Part shown: in pieces, positions 11,901-24,224 of the stretch | How the letters are laid out: every line of letters begins with the position of its first letter | How positions within the stretch are numbered: the first letter of the stretch is position 1 | From: Macrostomum lignano | Taxonomy: Eukaryota | Assembly (NCBI GenBank): GCA_002269645.1 | Contig: NIVC01000985.1 | Span: forward strand, 1-64,000 | Reading direction: 5' to 3' | DNA length: 64,000 nucleotides | Notes under the pieces: model-generated | Databases searched by the model: none | What the model was told of the DNA's origin: nothing | The model's input: only the letters and a program-made list of their open reading frames with translations | Translations under genes and position numbers: made by a program

Positions 11901-14385
11901 GCTCTGCCACTTTCTAAATCGCTCTGCCACTTTCTAAATCACTCTGCCACTTTCTAAATCACTCTGCCACTTTCTAAATCACTCTGCTACTTTCTAAATC
12001 ACTCTGCCACTTTCTAAATCACTCTGCTACTTCCTAAATCGCTCTGCCACTTTCTAAATCGCTCTGCCACTTTCTAAATCACTCTGCCACTTTTTAAATC
12101 ACTCTGCTACTTTCTAAATCACTCTGCCGCTTTCTAAATCGCTCTGCCACTTTCTAAATCACTCCGCTACTTTCTAAATCACTCTGCTACATCCTAAATT
12201 AATCTGCCCCTTTTTAAATCTCTGCCATTTTCTAAATCACTCTGCCACTTTTTAATCGCTCTGCCGCTTTCTAAATCGCTCTGCCACTTCCTAAATCGCT
12301 CTGCCACTTTCTAAATCACTCTGCCACTTCCTAAATCACTCTGCCACTTCCTAAATCGCTCTGCCACTTTCTAAATCACTCTGCCATTTTCTAAATCACT
12401 CTGCTACTTCCTAAATCGCTCTGCCACTTTTTAAATCACTCTGCTACTTCCTAAATCACTCTGCCATTTCTAAATCACTCTGCCACTTTTTAATTCAGTA
12501 TGCCATTTTCTAATCAATATGCCACTTTCTAAATCACTCTGCCATTTTCTTTATCTAGATTTCTAATTCTGATATCATGTTATTCACTGTCAAAAAAATA
12601 AATTAAAAAATTGTGAATTTACAAGGATAAAAGACTCACCTCTTCAACTAGCACATCGTCACGATTCAAAGCGGCCGTGCACACGTCAATGACGTAGGCT
12701 ACCTGTCGGCCAGTCTTAGTCAGATGCTCCTCTAGCGGCACGCCGTAGCAGGGGCCCGCTAGGCTAGCGGCCGAGGCCACCGCGTCCTCAAGCGCGGGCA
12801 GCTGCTCCTCAAGCAGCTGGACGCACTGCCTGTGATAATCCAGCCTAGACCGCATCAGATCTAACAGCTGGTTGCACAGCCTGGGCCGTTCGCCAAGCAG
12901 TTCGTTCAACCGTACTATATAAACGTCGCGCTGCTTACGCTCGTCGTTCTCGCGGGTGCTCAAATCCAACTGCAGCTCATTTAGAGCGGCCTCGGCAGAT
13001 TGTTGCTGATGCTGGCTCTGCTGATTCTGCTGCTGATGCTGCTTGTTCTGCCCGGCCAACAGGCGGCGACGCAGTTTGGCCACTTCTTGGCCGGTGCGGC
13101 CGAGGGCTCGCTTCTCCGACTGCAGGCCGGACAGATTCTGTTCAGCTTTGCGCGCGGCCTCCATCCATTCGGCCACACTGTCCGACTGGCTGTTGCGCTT
13201 GTCAACCAGAGCCTGCTCGGACTCGGACAGGCCGTGTAGTACTCGTTCGAGAATCTCGTACTCTGCGAGTTTGTTTTTTTACCATAGATGGCCAGCTAGT
13301 GAAATCTCAGTGAAATCTCAGTCAGTGAAATCTCAGTCAGTGAAATCTCAGCCAGCGAAATCTCAGTCAGTGAAATCTCAGTCAGTGAAATCTCAGTCAG
13401 TGAAATCTCAGTCAGTTAAATCTCAGTCAGTGAAATCTCAGCCAGCGAAATCTCAGTCAGTGAAATCTCAGTCAGTGAAATCTCAGTCAGTGAAATCTCA
13501 GTCAGTGAAATCTCAGTCAGTGAAATCTCAGTCAGTGAAATCTCAGTCAGTGAAATCTCAGCCAGCGAAATCTCAGTCAGTGAAATCTCAGTCAGTGAAA
13601 TCTCAGTCAGTGAAATCTTAGTGGAATCTCAGTCAGTGAAATCTCAGTCAGTGAAATCTCAGTCAGTGAAATCTCAGTCAGTGAAATCTCAGTCAGTGAA
13701 ATCACAGTCAGTGAAATCTCAGTCAGTGAAATCTCAGTCAGTGAAATCTCAGTCAGTGAAATCTCAGTCAGTGAAATCTCAGCCAGCGAAATCTCAGTCA
13801 GTGAAATCTCAGCCAGCGAAATCTCAGTCAGTGAAATCTCAGTCAGTGAAATCTCAGTCAGTGAAATCTCAGTCAGTGAAATCACAGTCAGCAAATTCTC
13901 AGCCAGTGGAATCTCAGTCAGCAAATTCTCAGCCAGTGGAATCTCAGTTAGCAAATTCTCAGTCAGTAGAATCTCAGTCAATCTCAGTATGCCATTTTAC
14001 TGAGATTGGTGCCCCTTCCAGTCAATGGAATCCCAGTCAGTGGAACCATTCATTCCCAAATGAGAATGTAAAATGTCATCAAAACCGCAGTTGCCTAAAA
14101 GTTTACATAAAAATGGACCACCAAATCCAGTTTTTACTCACCACCGCCTCTCTGCTGCTGCTGGCTTTGCCTGAGAGCATCTGCAGAGGAGCGCAATGCT
14201 TCTACAAGCGCCTCTTCTGGATGCTTGCGCACTACGCACTTCTCCGCTCGCTTGGCCAGGCGTTCAAAAGTGGCACGCAATGGCTCGGCGAGGTCCTCCA
14301 CTGACTGGCAAGACTCTGGCAGGGCGGCCTCGTCCAGAGCTCCGGCCTGGGCCCCATCAGGACCAAATCCACTGCCAGGGTTCAT
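2946..14385 (-). CDS. BAR + RhoGAP domain protein (RICH1/RICH2/SH3BP1, ARHGAP17/44-like), ~825 aa, 6 exons
   Basis: Exons 14385-14142, 13262-12640, 8388-7896, ~7627-7250, 3926-3710 and tentatively 3468-2946 join with consistent phases (1,0,1,1,2). The junction VLVEE|GLFRLNG rebuilds the RhoGAP arginine-finger motif. LKKYLKQLPEPL, LRHLVKFLARVAQHQDRNKMSPKNLAICIGPN and YGVPLEEHL are RhoGAP-typical; exons 1-2 are helical BAR-like. Exons 1-3 are firm; 4-6 are less so. Confidence 0.88.
3075..3400. repeat. G-rich 17/21-bp minisatellite
   Basis: Units GGGCGGGAGAGCGGACA and GGG(A/C)GGGCGGGAGAG(C/T)GGACA. The long ORFs here in all frames arise because the unit has no stop codons. Confidence 0.92.
4197..5282. 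repeat. 24-bp minisatellite, ~45 copies, frame-preserving
   Basis: Unit GCCGCTGCCACTAATACTTCAGG(T/C); the one internal insertion is 6 nt; lies between RhoGAP exons 4 and 5. Confidence 0.95.
5830..7082. repeat. 29-bp minisatellite, ~43 copies
   Basis: Unit CCCTGGTGTTCAAGGGGTCTCATTGGAAA; homogeneous 5890-6310, more diverged to the right. Confidence 0.96.
8470..9346. repeat. 39-bp minisatellite, ~22 copies
   Basis: Unit CAGAGTGGGGCTCATATGCCTGTGCAGACAGTCACATAT; in RhoGAP intron 2; explains ORFs 8447-9496, 8470-9315 and 8497-8832. Confidence 0.97.
9765..10154 (-). mobile_element. tRNA-derived SINE (or tRNA pseudogene head with SINE-like body)
   Basis: Minus strand begins GGGGCCGTAGGCTAGTGGTCTGGCGCGG...CCCGGGCTCGATTCCCAGTGCAGTCAC, with A-box-like TAGGCTAGTGG and B-box-like GGCTCGATTCC at tRNA spacing. 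A ~300-nt non-tRNA body follows, ending in (TG)n near 9765-9780. No TSD seen. Confidence 0.6.
10515..12550. repeat. 20-bp minisatellite, ~100 copies
   Basis: Unit CTTTCTAAATC(A/G)CTCTGC(C/T)A with recurring variant blocks; in RhoGAP intron 2. Confidence 0.97.
13297..13990. repeat. 15-bp minisatellite, ~46 copies
   Basis: Unit GTGAAATCTCAGTCA; fills most of RhoGAP intron 1; source of the KSQSV and TEISL ORFs. Confidence 0.96.
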
Positions 14386-15554
14386 CCTGGGATTTTGGGA
14401 TAATAAGATGGGATTCAATCTAGTATTCAAGTATGTACAGAGGATAAACAGAATCTATTTTTATTGTGCATTTTTTAGATCTTGTCCCACATATACCCAA
14501 AAAGTTCTCTCCTTGGAGAATGGACCATTAGTCCTTAAAAATCCTATTTTGAATTACCACATTTATAAATTCCTTCTAATAGAGGGGGCCTAAGGAGAGG
14601 CCAATCAAAAATAGGGCCTAAACTTGATAATGATATAAACAAATTAAGTGTTTGCAACTTTTTAAACAAACTTTAAATTGAATATTTTTGTTTTATATCT
14701 AGGTTATATGGATGTAATGAATGTAAGTATGGATGAATGTAAGTATCTAGTGCATCTTAGTTATTAATAGGGACTCCAATGACATTTTGTATTTTTTTGT
14801 ATTTTTTTTTGTTTAATAAATCTCATTTGCTTGAATAAAAAGACACTTTACTTTTGGAAATTAGTCAAGTAAAATAAAAACTTTCTGCATCTTTAACTTT
14901 CAAAATTTCTATAATGTATTTTGTCTATTAGGTACTAAATCCTTTTGTCTGAAAACTTGGTTCCTGCAAACATCTGATATATAATTTGTTTACTTAACCC
15001 ATTTCTGTGCCTAGTATGTCATTTTTAGCTTTTTATATCCCTTTTCAATTGAAAAAATCTAATACAAGTAGAATAGCCAAACCTTTGTAACAATCAGCCT
15101 TAAGTCCACTAAAATAGAAGCCCTTATTTTGTAAGTGCTATAGTTTATTATCATCCCAATAAGAGTTAGATATATTTTCTAAAAAAAGGATTTTTTACTT
15201 TCTAGTTTATATTTGCTTTTTGCAATTGCATTTCAAAGTTATTCATTTGTAAAAAACCTACTTTTATTTAAATTTACCTTTGAATAATCTATATTTATTG
15301 GCAAATCATGGGGACCCTTATTGGAATCTCTATTATTAGACTAAGCAAAGCCTAATGTTCTTACGATATAGTTGCATTGACATAAGTCCATACTTTTTTG
15401 GATACTATGTATGTATAAGGGGTGTCCTAGAAGTAATGTCACTTTTGCTTACTTTTATAAGTATTCATGTGTGTTTGGAAAATCTTATGCCTTAAAAGTT
15501 AGTGGCTTATTTTAGCTTTTATGCCAAGAAAGTCCAATTTTTGTAAGTGCTTGA

Positions 15555-17127
15555 TCTCTACATATAAAAATCAAAACTCTGTGTGTGTGTCTGTCTGTAT
15601 GTGGACAATTTTGATTGCTATGGACTCCCAAACCGCTCAACCAAATTACACCAAACTTTACACCCACCCTAAACTTACTACGGAGAATGTCTTAGGCTAC
15701 CTTTAATTTCCTAGACTCAAGTCTTCCTACCTAAAAGTACATAAAACTGCTCAAAATACGCGATTTTTTCACTAAATCCTCCATAGCGCCGCTCCACTTC
15801 TACCGATCCTCTTCAAATTTGACACAGACAATCTTCAACTATTTTGGCACAATCGTGTAAAGTTTCGAATCTCAAAGTTAATCCTGAAGGGCGCTGTGCA
15901 CTTTTAAAGTTAGGCTGTTTTTTTCAGCGTAGCAACCACCCCAACCTCCGCCCGCCTGCCTCTCTTTCCCGATACCGATCTGGGCCCAGATGTGTAAAAG
16001 GGGTTTCAAAATTGACTAACTTTCAGCTGCCATAAGTTTGTTCCACGTAAAGCGATTGACTTTAAACTTGACACAATTCTTCATTGACTCATTCTCTGTC
16101 TAAATGTAAAGTTTCAACTCTGTATCTCAATCAGGACGGAAACTGTAAGCATGTGAAGTTTGTCTGCTTTTTCTGTTGTTTGTGCCATTCACTCACTCAT
16201 TCCCCCAGCCCAGACGAAGGGTCAGGCGATAGGGCTGAATGTACATGGCAACGTACAGTGTTTTGGAATAACTTTTAATAGCCTTCTCTGCACCCCCGCG
16301 AGTGGAGAGGCGTGGAGAGGAGAGACAGTTTCAGCGAGAGATTCAATCCACTGTCCTCTGTATAGACAAGTCTGCAGCAGTTTAACAGTGGATGGCAAAC
16401 AGGCAAATCAAGGCGATGCGGGATGGTTTGTAAAAATAGCGAAAAATTAATGAATAACTTATTACAATGCAATCCTACTAAATTAGTTACACCATGAAGC
16501 TTTTAACATAAAGTTTCGCATAGGGTAACTTTAAAATTTAAATGACTCCTAAGAAATGCGCATTTCCTTGGTTGTTAGACTGCTGCAGAGTGCAGACTGT
16601 GGTGGTGGAGCTGGAGATACACAAATTCCTCTCAGGGCTGCTAATTGGCCAGAAAGGTGACGTGATTAAAGCATGAGAAATGATAACCATGATAGTACTA
16701 CATCCCACAAACTGGCTTTCGAAGCAGGGATCGGTAGATTTTTAACTCAAAGGCCAGATAAAGAATCCAGCTCATGGAGTCATGGGCACATGGCTGCGGG
16801 CCAGATGAGAGTGAAAAAGAAAAGGAATAGACTATTAGAAAGAGAGGAAGGGCGAGAGGGGGGTAAGAGAAAAGATATAAGATAACAGGAGAGACGAGTG
16901 GGGTGAGGACGAGGAGAGAGCAGAGAATATGGGAGGAGGAAGCGAGAGGAGGGGAGACAGGAGGGAGAGGAAAGAGTAGAGGTGAGAAGAGGAAGAGAGA
17001 AGAGGGGAGAGATGAGACAGAGGATCGATGAGAGAGAAGAGTAGAGAAGAGTGAGAAGAGAATAGAGAATATAGAACAGAGAGGAGATAGGAGGGGAGAG
17101 AGAGGAGTGAGAAGAGAGGAGATAAGA

Positions 17128-17177
<50 letters not shown>

Positions 17178-18527
17178 GAGAAAGAAGAGAGGAGAAAGGA
17201 GAGATGATAAAGTAAAGGGAAGAAGAGGAGAGAGGAAAGAGATGAGATTGTGGAGATGAGAGAGTAGAGATGAGAGATGAAGGAAGAGAGGGCAGAGTGC
17301 AAAGAGACAAGAGAAGAGAATAGAGGGGAGAGAGTATAGAAGAGGGAAGAGAAGAGGAGTAAGAAGAGAGGATTCAGTAGAGGGGAAAGAGAAGAGTACA
17401 CAGGAGAGTGGAGAGTAAAGATGACAGAAGAGAGTGGGGGTAGAGAGCAAAGATGAGAGTGAACACAATATATGAGAGGAGAGAGGAGAGTGAAGAGAGA
17501 AGAGAGAAGACAAGAGAGGGAGAGAATAGAAGAGGGAAGAGAAGAGAAGGGAAAAAGGAGAAAGGAAAGAGAGGAGTCAAAAGAGGGGAAAGATCGAAGA
17601 GTACAGATGAGAGAGGTGAGAGAACATACGAGTATAAGAGAGTAAAGATGGCAGATGAGAGAGGGGAGATGAGAGACCAGAGAAGAGAGTGAACAGATAA
17701 GAGATGGGAGAGTGGAGAGAAAAAAGGATAGAAATAAGAGATGAGAGGTGAGACAAAGGGAGAGAGAAGTGAGTGAGGAGAGAGGAGGGGAGGGGAGAGA
17801 ACCGAGAGGACAGGGGAAAGAGGAGAAAGGACGAGAGAGGAGAGGAAACAGGGGAGAGATTAGAGGAGAAAAAGATATGGGACAGGAGAGAGCAGAGAGA
17901 TAAGAGGAGAGAGAGGAGAGAGAGAGAGAGAGAGAGAGAGGGAAAGAGAGAGGAGAAAACATGCAGAAAGAATGAGAAGAGAGAAGAGAGAAAAGATAAA
18001 AGAGGAGAAAGAAGAGATAGATAAGAGAGCAAAGACGAGAGAGAAGAGAGGTGAGGGAAGAGACGATAAAAGAGAGGAGAGAGGAGAGCGGAAAGAAGAG
18101 AAGAGATGAGAGGAGAGAGAGGAGAGAGTAGAGAGTAGAGAGGAGGGAGGAGAGGAGGGATAAAAGAATAGAAGGGAGAGAGAATAGATGAGAGAATAGG
18201 GGATAGAGGAGAGAGAGAAGAGACAGAGACGAGAGAGAGGAGAGGAAACAGAAGAGAAGGTCAAAGTTTTTAAGGATCCAAGGGACATAAGGAGAGGCAG
18301 AGGCCAGAGTTTGTCTGTTCGCAGCACCCCAACCAACAATATAAATGTTTGCCTCAAATCCTAATTTTTCACGAATATACTCTATTTTATGTTTAATTCT
18401 AACCTAACTATATATTAACAAGTTTTTGTTTGAGTTTGACCTCAGATTTTAGAATACGAGTACATGCAAAAATAGTTCCAGGGATTGAAATTCCCCGGGT
18501 TCAAAATCAGCAGGTTTCAACAGCTTG
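15555..18527 (+). mobile_element. Probable non-autonomous Helitron-type element carrying an internal GA-rich expansion
   Basis: 5' end A|TCTCTACATATAAAAATCAAAACTCTGTGTGTGTGTCTGTCTGT...AAACCGCTCAACCAAATT resembles the Lep1/HINE-type head. Candidate 3' end CCCCGGGTTCAAAATCAGCAGGTTTCAACAGCTTG|T resembles a decayed hairpin plus CTAG|T. Pairing of the two ends is inferred. Confidence 0.5.
16840..18260. repeat. Polypurine (GA-rich) low-complexity tract with pure (GA)n cores
   Basis: Plus strand is nearly all A/G; (GA)n at ~17130-17175 and ~17915-17940. The S/L/P-rich and R/E-rich ORFs are compositional. Confidence 0.95.
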
Positions 18528-21074
18528 TTTATATATATAACACAAGTAATGGTAGCAATACAAATGCAAATCAAATCTTGGTAAGCAATGCAAATCATAA
18601 CACTTTGGAATAAACATGCTAAAATATGTATATAGTTAAGCTTTAAGAGAAATTATAATTTTTAATCCGTACAATATCTAATCAATTTAAATATATATTA
18701 TTTGGCATATTGTACATTTAAACTTTAGCACTAACAAGAACTAAAAGATTAAACTAGCTTGCTATAATAACCCTACAATATTATATAGTGCATGTATCTT
18801 GTTATATACATTTTATTATGCTTGGTATATCAAAGATAAATATATATATAAATCATTAGGGGATTGAATTATAGACTAAAAACTTATATTTAGAGTTCTA
18901 AGTGTTACAATACAATATTATATATATATATATATATATCTTGAATTGTAGGCCTAAAAATTTTCATTTCAGACAAAATGACCAAAAAAGCAAATAAATG
19001 AAATGATTCTTTATAAATATTAATAGACAAAAATGTGGCAGATAAAATAGTAGGCCTAGATGAAATCACCACCATTAACACTAACCTTTCTTACCCCTGG
19101 GGGATGACCACTCTTCTATCTCTCTGTGGGATGACCTAGGGCCTATTATGCCTTAATTTTTTAGTTTGAGCTTGTTATAGGCCTTACATATTCTTATGAG
19201 ATTTTAGTATAATGCATTGTTCTAATTTGAAAAATTCACTGGGAAAAAGGTGACCACCTAATTAGTACCCCTTTTTCTAATTCTTGGAGATGCTAGGGCC
19301 TATATTGCCATTGTTTCTAATTGAATTTAATGATATCTAATATTAATAGAAATTTCTATTATATTTAATTTATATTTAATTTATATTTAATAGAAATTTC
19401 TAATCAATCCTAGGCCTATATGATCTCTAGATGAGACAAGGGCTACTATTAATAATAAAAAAACACTTTGATAAACTTGAAAACAATGCCAATGATAATT
19501 TTATATAGATAATACTTACACATTTTGAAAGATGCCTGGAAGTTTAAAAATGTTGCCAGCCATATTTTAATTTTAATGATTAGGCCCCTGTATATTTTAA
19601 AATGTAAGAAAAATTTAGCAAATGACTTTTTATCAAAATCTTTAGAATAAATAGCCTAGCTGATCTAAAATTTGGAAGCCAGTCAGTCTGGCTCAGTGCT
19701 TAAATAAAAGATTATAGGCCTATTTGTGTTCAGATTAGGCCTATGCAGTAAGCCTACAGTTGCAAAACAAGACAGTGAGATGGACGATGGCTGCACGACT
19801 TATGTTGGAAGGATTAGAGACAGCTAGTTGACGATATATGCTGAAAGCTAGGCCTATCGAGTGCAAGTGCAAGTTCAGCCGGGTCCAAAAATATTGAAGT
19901 TGTCTATATTACTATATATGCCTACTAGCCTGTTTAGGCCTACTAATATTAATAAAACTAGGCCTAACTAACCGAGGGGCCTATAAGTAATAAAACTATT
20001 AGCCTTGAAATTAACTTACAACATAAAGATTTATATTTTTAAAAACTGAATCTGAATTAAGCAGCACAATTAGACTTGTATACGGAGACCACGAACTCAA
20101 TTTTCATTTACATTTCTAGGAATATGACGGAGGCTTCACGATGGCTGCATGGTTAAATTACTTGTTATGTTGTTAAACGGGGGTGGGAGGAGGAGCGCTG
20201 CCCGCGGATCAGCCCTAAGGGGGCTCTGCCGCATGGATCTTGCTGTGGGCTATACTACCAGGGGCTTAGAGCCCGAGAGGCCACTATTGGAACCAGAGCT
20301 TAGGACTCTGGGGAGAGCATGAAGCATTGGAGCTACTAACCCAAACCTATGGACTAAGACACCGCCAACCCAAAAGTGGAATCAGGGACGGTGCTATAGG
20401 ACCGAGTCCACCCAGACCAGCCCCAGCAGACAAGTCTTTGGGAGTGCGCAAAAAATTGGGATTGAAAAATGTTTGGGTTACTACTGAAAGCGGTCCGAGA
20501 GCGGGAAGACCCTCACGGTTTTGTCGATTTTTTCATATTTTTTTTCAGGAATTAGAATTAGTCGTTCTATTTTTAGTTACACACCATCCAATCTGATAGT
20601 CGTAGTGATAAAACTGAAATCGTAGGAACGCTTTAAATGTCCTCCATCAGAATGATTAAAGATTCTCAAAGATTTTTCAAATTCTCAAATATTGGGCACA
20701 AATTAACATCTCTGGTACTCCCCCCTATTCAAGGCCTTGATTGAGATCATCACATCAGCATGTGGATAGGGGTCGCGCAGGCCATTAGAGAGGAACAGAA
20801 ACCAAGTCAGGGCATATGTACAGAAACAACTTTAGATTGGTCAATAGCTAGAGAGGATTTCAGGGTATACTCACCGCTTGGTGGTGTACGGATACGTCGA
20901 GGCGTACAATTTCATTATCGCACATCCCCATACAACAAATAAGGAAAAGTTTAAAAGGGCTTTTTTGAAAACTAAATGATCAAGCGCAAATTATTTAAAG
21001 AGTTGGTTGTTTCTGAAGTCTGCTGGCAAACCTACATGTAAATACATATAAGCCGGCCTTACGATCAGAGGCAC

Positions 21075-21391
21075 CAGGGGTGTCGCCATAGATTTTTTGG
21101 TGGGGGGACAATTGCCAAGAATCCTAATGACTAAATTCCTACATTATTTTGGGAATCAGGGTTGTTAGCACTCATTTTGGCGCCGCCGCCGCATGCACTC
21201 ATTTTGGCGCCACAGACCCTCATTTTGGCTCAGATCGAAAAGTGCTATGTTTTGACACCCTGAAGCAAAATTATAGATTTACATAACGGGTCACAAACGT
21301 GGGGTGGGGGGACAAAACATCGGCATGTCCCTCCATAGCTCTTACTAGGGGGGGGGGGGGGCTGTCCCCTACCCCGGTGGCGACACCACTA
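21075..21391. mobile_element. hAT-type MITE, 317 bp
   Basis: TIRs CAGGGGTGTCGCCA (21075) and TGGCGACACCACTA (to 21391) match 12/14. The flanking 8-mers AGAGGCAC (21067-21074) and AAAGGCAC (21392-21399) form a 7/8 TSD; 8-bp TSDs are typical of hAT. Confidence 0.75.
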
Positions 21392-21889
21392 AAAGGCACT
21401 CCTTTTTGCGTAAGTTGAGATGCCTCCAAAAGTTTTTTTATTATAACTGCGTGAAAAATCAGTTGGAAGAATCAAATACACTTAGCATTTGGTAAGGATG
21501 ACAACGACTCACGAGAGGTATTCTATACAAGAATCTATAGCGAACCTATAGGAACAATGGAAAACTCCATGAATATTCTTTCGCCAGTACTAGAACAATG
21601 ATAGATTTGCAGGAACAACTAAGTAATTGAAATTTAGCTGTCCATGCTAGCTAGCTAGTTATTGGAGGATGCAATCGAAAATAACTCCATTCCCGTCCAA
21701 TGAATAGGGCGATTGCTTTTAGCTGCAGCATCATTATGGTCAGGACCATGCAGCGAACGGGATTGGAGGAGACCAAAAGCCACCATGTGTATAAATATGC
21801 CACACTAAATCATCTCATGAGCAGCTCTCGAGCTCGACGGGTTCAGATAAGCGTTCGTGAATTATCCATAGCCAGCGCAAAATCTTTGA

Positions 21890-22614
21890 ATGCGTCTGTT
21901 GTTGTTGCAGCTTCTGCTCATTTTTGGGCTAGTTCTGCTCGCCCAGCAGCCCGAGCCGTCCATGGCTGCCCCTCCCGCGGGCTCGCCGGCCGATTACATC
22001 AACGAGGCTGGTGACGAAGGCTACTGCTGCTTCCCGGACCAGTGGCACGCCACTCTGTTGCAGACGAGCCATCGCCACCTGCACTACCTGACCGGTAAAG
22101 TTCCGTCCGACAAGGACATTTTTTTTCGACGATCGTCTCGGCCACCGTCGGCTACAAGAGTCCGACCGTTTTCGAGATGCGCTCCGACGAATGCTCCTTT
22201 CTGTTCTGGCGCGGACTGCTGTGGCTTCTGGATCCAACTGGCCGGAGGCCGAGCCGCCTGTTGAGCCGGAGAACCCCAGCCGGCCACACGCCGATGATCT
22301 GGCAGTGCCTGACCCGTCAAAACGGCTTCCGTCGGCTCAACGCCACACATTATCGACTGGACGAATCCGACGGAGACGGCAGCACCGAATGGCCGGCCCG
22401 CTACGGAACTGTCACCGACATCTTCGTCCGCTACGACAAGGATAGCGCCGTTGGCCAACGCAGGTCTGCTCGCACCTGTCAGTTGGAGTCGTTTGTTGTG
22501 CGAAGCCGCTACCGCTGGTTCGATCACAAGGATGGAAACGTGGCCCTCTCCAGCGATACGGTCACCTACGCCGCTAACGGTTCTGCCCAGGCTGGATGGC
22601 CGGACAATGACTAA
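21890..22614 (+). CDS. Secreted protein, ependymin-related (EPDR)-like, ~241 aa, single exon with an apparent frameshift at T8 (22119-22126)
   Basis: Signal peptide MRLLLLQLLLIFGLVLLA, then YCCFPDQW, matching the CCxPxQW start of invertebrate EPDRs. Adding one T joins ORF 21890 to the frame of ORF 22177-22614 (DIFF-STIVSATVGYKSPTVFEMRSDEC...WPDND*). Coding status is well supported; the family call is tentative. Confidence 0.6.
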
Positions 22615-23098
22615 TGACCGACGTCCGCTTGCGATGACGTGTTCGGCATGCGGTCTACAGTTCTATCTGAAAAACAAACTATGCAAACAGTTTTTTAAAA
22701 GCAGCTCCTCCCTTCTAAATTCTAAAGCCTCTAAGTCCTGAAAGTCTGTCTAAAATTTTTCAAAAAAAAGTTTCAAATTTATTTTAATTTTTTTAAAGAG
22801 CTCTACTTTGCCCGAAAAAAATCCATTAACACTATCCAAAATTGTTTTTAATCAACTTTTAAAGCTAAAAATAGGCTACTGATGCAAGTCAGTCCCCCTG
22901 TCCAGCAGCTGGCCAAAGCGGGGCCACCATAACTTCAAAATTTCAATCAAATTCCCCCTGCAAACTCTCCAACCAGTTCGCTGAAAATGCGATAAAAAAT
23001 AAACAAGCATTGTTAACCAAACAGCACTACACTGCTTTTAAGTTCATTCTATTAAAATATCGTTACATTAATTAAGGCAGAAAGCGAGGTACGGAGAC

Positions 23099-23466
23099 TG
23101 AGATGCCATGGCTCAAGGGGAAGTTTCTGAGATGCCATGGCTCAAGGGGAAGTTTCTGAGATGCCATGGCTCAAGGGGAAGTTTCTGAGATGCCATGGCT
23201 CAAGAGGAAGTTTCTGAGATGCCATGGCTCAAGGGGAAGTTTCTGAGATGCCATGGCTCAAGGGGAAGTTTCTGAGATGCCATGGCTCAAGGGGAAGTTT
23301 CTGAGATGCCATGGCTCAAGGGGAAGTTTCTGAGATGCCATGGCTCAAGGGGAAGTTTCTGAGATGCCATGGCTCAAGAGGAAGTTTCTGAGATGCCATG
23401 GCTCAAGGGGAAGTTTCTGAGATGCCATGGCTCAAGGGGAAGTTTCTGAGATGCCATGGCTCAAGA
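23099..23466. repeat. 29-bp minisatellite, ~12.5 near-identical copies
   Basis: Unit GAGATGCCATGGCTCAAGGGGAAGTTTCT; only a G/A variant. Confidence 0.97.
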
Positions 23467-23754
23467 GACCAGACACCAAAGAGACCAAAGATCCCTTAGG
23501 AGAACAGTACCTGTCCAAAGTGCCAGGTATGGATAGAAAATGAAGTTCACATCCTGTTAAAGTGCAGTTGGAACTTTTCTAGTGTTCAGCGCGATACATT
23601 TAAACAGAATCCTCAGATAAAGATTCGAATTCTTTAAACCAATACTGCAGAGTATAAAGCGTTTTACCCAATGACCCAAGAAGATCGGGGCATATTGGAA
23701 ATTCTAGCACAGCTCATCAAAGACAAGACACAAGCTGGAGTGCAACTGCCCTGA
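23467..23754 (+). mobile_element. Decayed 3' end of a non-LTR retrotransposon ORF2 (CCHC knuckle)
   Basis: From 23485: PKIP*ENSTCPKCQVWIENEVHILLKC, matching the LINE C-terminal CxxC...E.E.H.LL.C motif; later YPMTQEDRGILEILAQLI. Stops and frameshifts are present. Confidence 0.6.
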
Positions 23755-24224
23755 GGCTGGTACCAAAAAACAAGCTTGAGCTCTGTTTGCGCATGAGATT
23801 TCAACGTCTCAGCGTCCGAAGTTTTTATTTAACTAGATTTTTTTATTATCTTTCGTTGTATTTCGTTTTTAAACTAATTTAAAAATGTCATAAAATGTAA
23901 AAATCAGCATCATAGGCGTGTGCATTTAATAATCATGATATTAATCATAGAATAATAGCAGTAATACGACTAAGCATAATTAAGAATATCTGCATTGACC
24001 AGCTATACAGGCATTAGGCAGTAACGCAATAGTTTATAAATAAGAAAAATAAGTATCTGCCGAATAAAGTGTTGGCTCTGAGGGTTGCGAATGAAAAAAT
24101 TCTCAGCTCGCAGTTTTTAGCTTGTATATGGTGCAATTATATAGCTGTAATCTTCAGGGATTATGACATCCAAATAATCTTAGGATTTTGAAGTCTTGGT
24201 TAATAAATTTAGTGTCACATATTG

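Noticed and set aside
14113-14304. Plus-strand signal-peptide-like stretch MDHQIQFLLTTASLLLLALPES
   Set aside because: Exactly antisense to RhoGAP exon 1; the Leu run is the complement of the CAG (Gln) run.
5830-23466. Common origin of the three 29-bp arrays (two share TCAAGGGG)
   Set aside because: Similarity is limited to 8 nt and the remaining positions do not align; the shared unit length may be coincidence.
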